From: Terriglobia bacterium
Lineage (GTDB): Bacteria; Acidobacteriota; Terriglobia; 20CM-2-55-15
Direction: 5' to 3'
Assembly: GCA_965218585.1 (NCBI GenBank)
Contig: CBDCLE010000024.1
Location: forward strand, 96,001-160,000
DNA: 64,000 bases
The notes below the pieces were generated by a model, which worked only from the letters and a program-made list of their open reading frames with translations, ran no database searches and was not told the DNA's origin. Below, piece after piece: positions 57,705 through 64,000 of this stretch. Every line of letters begins with the position of its first letter. Within the stretch, counting starts at the first letter, position 1. Position numbers and translations under genes: made by a program.

Positions 57705-57729
57705 AATCTCCCCCTATGGTGCTTGCGTT

Positions 57730-57848
57730 TAGGAGGCCCAAGATCTCGTAGTGGCCGAGTTTGGTGCCAGATTCCATCGTTATGGTGTGTCGCTGAAGAA
57801 ACCGTGAAAAACTCGGTAAAGGATACTAAGGGAGGGGTTTGTAAGCAA
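57730..57848 (-). promoter_or_regulatory. Kinase-unit promoter (TTGCTT-17-TATCCT) plus kinase head 57730-57777
   Basis: Head translates MESGTKLGHYEILGLL; promoter matches 4642-4661. Confidence 0.75.
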
Positions 57849-57863
57849 TCAGAAGGTCAACGC

Positions 57864-59228
57864 GAGGTCATTACAAAAGGTGTGTAAAAGTCATCAGGCG
57901 GCGGCCTTCGATTTCATCACGACTCTGATGCCGTCAGCGAATTGCTGACCATCATAGACCTCTTGTAAGAGTTCGGATCCTTTTAAGTGTCGCCAAGCCT
58001 TCTCAGCGACACGTAGTAGCTTCCAGATCATTGCCGTTGCATTCTCGACACGCTTGAATCGGCGAGCGGCGTTGGTGCGGAGGCGAACCATGTCGAAAGG
58101 CGATTCGACGATGTTGGTTGTTCTCAGATGCACCCAGTGTTGTTTCGGGAACTCATAGAAAGTAATCATCCGGTCCCAGTCCCGCAACAGCGTCTCACCC
58201 GCTTTGGGATAGTTCTTCTCATATCGGCGGACGAACTGATCCCGCTTTCGTTCGCAGGCCGCGCGGGAGTTCGCGAAGGCCATCCCATGAAGCAGCTGTC
58301 TGGCCGCGGGCTGCTCGGTCTTCGGCAGATGATCGACCACGTTGATCGACTTGTGGTTCCAGCAGCGTTGTTCCTGGCCCTGGGGCTGTTGCTCGGCCAG
58401 CGCGGACCAGATGCCCAGGTGACCGTCCGCGACAGTCAGCCGTCCCAGCTTCAGGCCCCGTCTCTGGAGATTGCGCAGAATGCGGCTCCAGGACTCCTTG
58501 CTTTCCCGCTGCCCGCTCTCACAGGCCAACACCACTTTGCGCCCGTCTGACAAGGCTCCGATGATCACCAGCAATGCCGCTCGCTCTTTCGCGATCCCCG
58601 CTTTCACGTACAAGCCGTCTGCCCACTGGTACACGACCTCGAGGCCGGACAGGTCCTGCTGGACCCACTCGTCATACTCCAACTGCCAGGTCGATTTCAG
58701 TCGTTGGATCGATGCTCGCGACAACGGAGCGCCAGCGCCAAGCAGTCCGCGCATGGCCTGCTCGAAGTCCCCTGTGGCCAGACCGTGGAGGTAGAGATCG
58801 GGAAGTAGCTCGCCCAGCTGTTTCGATTTCCGTCGAAAATACGGCAGGATCTGACTCTCGAACCGCTCGGCGGTGTTTCGAACCCGAGGTCGTCGAACCT
58901 CCATCGTACCGTTCATCATTGCGAAGCGTCGCGGCTTCCCGTGACCGTTCCGGTATCCTCGTCGATTCGGACTCCGCTCCAACTTTTCCCGACCCAGAAA
59001 TTGAGTGACTTCGTCCTCGAGCAGCTCCTGTAGCCAGACTTGGACCCGGGATCGCGCCCAGTCCTCCAAACCTTCATACGCGTTCGTTGACGCCACTGAT
59101 GCCGGTATGTTCTTCTTCTTCATGGGTGGTGTACCTTTCTCCCGATTGCTGCCGGGATTGCTTACGGTTTCGAATTCACCGAAAGCGTACACCGCCTTCT
59201 CTTTTTACACACCGATTGGAACGACCTC
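57864..59228 (-). mobile_element. IS256 type A, transposase 57894-59192
   Basis: 1365 bp, 8-bp TSD gtcaacgc. Confidence 0.95.
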
Positions 59229-59254
59229 GTCAACGCTCGAATTTAGGCCAATTC

Positions 59255-59288
59255 TCAACGTCCGACAAGATGATTTAACAGGACTTGA
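59255..59288. repeat. 34-bp dif/lox-like site
   Basis: tcaacgtccgacaa-gatgat-ttaacaggacttga; degenerate tail LKELVRLP* at 59298-59324 on the minus strand. Confidence 0.85.
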
Positions 59289-59357
59289 CCGGGAAGCTTA
59301 AGGTAGCCGCACCAGTTCCTTAAGTCGCGTTTGGTACGCGGACACCCGGGCGCGATA

Positions 59358-60179
59358 ATGATGGAAGTGCTGGACCTATCGGAAACGCTCGCTCAGGAGC
59401 TGGAACGCCCGCGGAAGATTTCCGCTCAGGTTGCTCGCCATCTGGTGGCAAATTACGGCATCGCCGACGATGAGACCGGCCCATTTCTCGTCCAGACGCT
59501 GCCTACGCTCGAGGAGGATGAAATCGACCTGATCCTGTCGCCCTTGTTCACGCCGAAGCTCGCCGACCAAGCCGTGTTCGCCGGTCGGCTCGGCAGGCAG
59601 TCGATCCCGTCGGATGAGCTGGTTCGCCTGGTTGTTCAGGTGGTTGCCCGCCCCACAGACGCCAGCCTTGCCGGGATGGACGACCAAAACCATCGGGTCA
59701 GGCTTGGCGAGGTGACCGTGGAGCGTTACGTGTATCGCCTTCGGCTGGAAGCAACGATTCCAGAGGCAACATTTGAGCTCATCCAGCGGCATCCGTCCGG
59801 CGACTACCCACTTTTTCAGGCCGTCGCGCGCCGCGCAACCTGGGAGGGGGACGGCCGGTCCGGAATCCTCAGAGGTTACCTGATGGCAACGGCAGGTATC
59901 GAGGCTTGGGGCGCGGCCGAGGTGCGCTCCCTGCTCGATCTGGTGGACCGCTACAAGCCCATCGACATCGCCGATCTGGTAGCGAAGATTCCCAGATGGC
60001 AGGAAGGATTGCGAAGTGATCTTAGCTTGGCTTCGGGACGAAAGCCGTTTTTCAGCGAAGGGATCGAACACTCTCACGGTGGAGAGCGCGACCATCGTTC
60101 ACCAGAGGGCGCTCTGATCGAGGCGAAGAGGCGGGAACTGAGTTTTCTCGAACGCCTCGAGTTACTTCTAGTGCACTGA
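59358..60179 (+). CDS. Hypothetical protein
   Basis: ORF of about 273 aa filling the interval between two sites. Confidence 0.65.
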   Translation: MMEVLDLSETLAQELERPRKISAQVARHLVANYGIADDETGPFLVQTLPTLEEDEIDLILSPLFTPKLADQAVFAGRLGRQSIPSDELVRLVVQVVARPTDASLAGMDDQNHRVRLGEVTVERYVYRLRLEATIPEATFELIQRHPSGDYPLFQAVARRATWEGDGRSGILRGYLMATAGIEAWGAAEVRSLLDLVDRYKPIDIADLVAKIPRWQEGLRSDLSLASGRKPFFSEGIEHSHGGERDHRSPEGALIEAKRRELSFLERLELLLVH

Positions 60180-60209
60180 TCCGGTAACAGGACTTATCGT
60201 TCCGCGGCG

Positions 60210-60243
60210 TCGAGGTCCGCGAAGATGATTTATCGGGACCTGA
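60210..60243. repeat. 34-bp dif/lox-like site
   Basis: tcgaggtccgcgaa-gatgat-ttatcgggacctga. Confidence 0.85.
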
Positions 60244-60266
60244 GAATCGTTTTCATGGTCATCTAG

Positions 60267-62003
60267 CCCGCATGTTTCACCAGTCCGGCGATCAGGGGGA
60301 TTTGGGCAGTAAGAATCGGATTCGGGAGGATCTGGGTTCGAATTGGGCATGTGTGGCGTGACTCGGCGGTGTCGACAAGCGGGAGTTGCTGCGTTTTCGG
60401 GTTCAGAAGAGGGTGACGAAACGCACTGAGACAAACCTCGGCGGAGCCGAAAAGAGCGAGTCGATTTTGGCGCAGGGGATCGGGTCGGTTCTCAGCAGCG
60501 CAGAGGAAGCGCCTGCAGGTTTCGATGGACGAGGGCAAAGACCTCGGCGTAGGGATAGGCTTCCGACATGGAGATCCAGATGTTGCGAACCGTCAGACGG
60601 ACTTGAGCTCCGATCTTGAGGAGCTTCAAGCGGATCGTCTGGCACTGAGCGCGGGCCAGATCGGTATTCTTCAGTCCCAGACGGCGTAACGCGTGCAGGA
60701 GCATGTAGGCGGCCGAGGACAGATAGAGCCGGAGTTGATTGGCGCGCATGGTTGCCGCGCTGGTCCGGTCGGCGAATAGATCCAACTGCTGTTCCTTGAT
60801 GCGATTTTCCATGTCGCCCCGCGCACAGTAAAAGTCTTCATAGAGGGCGCGGGCGTCCAGGCGTTCCGGCGACAGTGAGGTCACAACGAATCGAGGATTG
60901 GCGCCTTTCTCCAGGAACTCGGCCTTGCCGATGACGCGTCGGGTGCAGGTCCAGCTCTTCCGAGTGCGATACCGGAAATCGTTAAACACCCGCGCCGGTT
61001 TCCCGGTGTCGTTAAACTCGGCTTCGGCCTGACTCATCGATTCAGCGATCTCGCGCTTGAGCCGATCGTTCTTGGCCAGACCCACCACGTAATCGACCTG
61101 GTGGGCCTCGCACCAACTCAGCAATTCATCCCGGCAAAAGCCCGAGTCGGCCCGGATGATAATCGACACCTCCGGCCAGCTCTGCCGGATCTGGCCGATG
61201 ATGCGGTTCAATTCCTCGACGGCGCCGTCCGCACCGTCGACATTGGAGCACCGCAACCGGGCGCATAGCAGATGCTCTCCCGAAAAGATGTAGAGCGGCA
61301 GATAACAGTAGTTGCCGTAGTAGCCGTGAAAGAACCGTCCTTCCTGATGGCCATGGATCGGATCATCGGTCGCATCCAGGTCCAGAACAATCTCCTCGGG
61401 CGCCGATCCGTGAGCCGCCACAAATGCATCCACCATCCAGCGGTCGATCTTGTCCGGGTCCATGGCAATCTTCTTGTACCGCTCCTTCCCATCGACTTGC
61501 TCCCCGGTCAGTTCCAACCGGTTCAGCGTACACTTGCCCGCCAACGCTTTTCCCCGGTCTCGGGCCTGCCGCCGCTTCTCCCCCAGTGGATCGGCCTTAT
61601 CCACCGCCACGGCCAGCATCGGATCGGTCCGCAGTTGGTCATGATCGTTCAGATCCTCGTAGCCCAGACAGAGTCCGTAGACGCGCTGCCCCAATAACTC
61701 GCTCACCGTGTGTTCGATCAACCTCGCGTCCCGGTAATCCCTGAAACACTCGGCCAGTCCGGCGATCAGACCCGTTCGCTTTTCCACTTCCCTCAACAGC
61801 AGAACCCCAGCGTCGGAGGTGATCTTTCCGCCGTCAAAACGCGCCTTCACTTTTCGTTGAAGAAGTCCGTGAAATTCGAACGTCGTTTGGTTACACTCTG
61901 TTCTCATAAGGGCCGTCTCCGTTTGGCTTGTTAAACGTTTATTTCAAAACGCTTTATGCCAGACAGGGCGGCCTTTTCTGGTCCTATCGGTGAAATATGC
62001 GGG
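60267..62003 (-). mobile_element. IS1380-family element, transposase 60492-61907
   Basis: 1737 bp, CTAG duplication that is the stop codon of the kinase tail. Confidence 0.97.
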
Positions 62004-62093
62004 CTAGGGCACCGGCACCCGTTCTTTGAGTTCCTCGAACCAATTGAGGACGATGTTGATTTGTGGGCGCGTCACCTCGGCCGTCTGAGCACT
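62004..62093 (-). pseudogene. 3' remnant (tail) of Ser/Thr kinase-PD40 gene
   Basis: SAQTAEVTRPQINIVLNWFEELKERVPVP*. Confidence 0.85.
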
Positions 62094-62104
62094 GCAGATG
62101 CGTC

Positions 62105-62200
62105 TCAGGCGAGGAAGCTTACGAACATGCTTGCGGCGCGCCCGAAATGGCGGCACTGATCCACCGCGACGACGTATTCGAGCTGTGTGATCGTAGGCAT
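62105..62200 (-). pseudogene. oxyR: 5' fragment of OxyR-like LysR regulator
   Basis: MPTITQLEYVVAVDQCRHFGRAA, divergent from katG; ATAG-N7-CTAT box at 62210-62224. Confidence 0.75.
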
Positions 62201-62241
62201 GCGATGAATATAGGGAATGACTATTGAAGATAGTAAAATAG

Positions 62242-64000
<1,759 letters not shown>

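Noticed and set aside
53038-60243. 34-bp repeats as a CRISPR array or integron attC sites
   Set aside because: Spacing is 0.7-3.4 kb with no cas genes. They are too short for attC, lack paired RYYYAAC/GTTRRRY boxes, and no intI is present.

Overview
The window is bacterial chromosomal DNA whose gene content points to Acidobacteriota (an inference: DUF6152/DUF5916-type secreted proteins, a PQQ-binding protein, remnants of Ser/Thr kinase-PD40 genes, a Tes-like radical SAM enzyme). A housekeeping core at about 29-50.5 kb carries cysE, 2-oxoacid dehydrogenase E1a/E1b/E2, a sugar ABC transporter, thiC with a TPP riboswitch, IscA/ErpA, YjbQ, SufT, the Tes-like radical SAM gene, folB, trxB and tRNA-Arg(TCG). 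Both flanks are IS-rich and decaying: 4x IS1380, two IS256 types, IS5, IS701, an rve transposase, and a wrecked integrative element next to a 3' half of tRNA-His. The most striking signal is not in the ORF track. Between about 51.4 and 62.1 kb, five directly oriented 34-bp sites (14-6-14, spacer GATGAT) separate short, mostly single-gene cargo units. The units are bracketed by 5' 'heads' (MESGTK.GHYEI..) and 3' 'tails' (..LKERVPVP*) of a Ser/Thr kinase gene at fixed spacings: stop-9 bp-site three times, site-105 bp-ATG twice. Related units occur at about 4.6 kb and 24.5 kb. This looks like an integron/pdif-like cassette system in which unrelated genes replaced the interior of a kinase cassette and may use its promoter. 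The recombinase and mechanism are inferred, not shown. All family assignments come from recognising motifs by eye, not from database searches.
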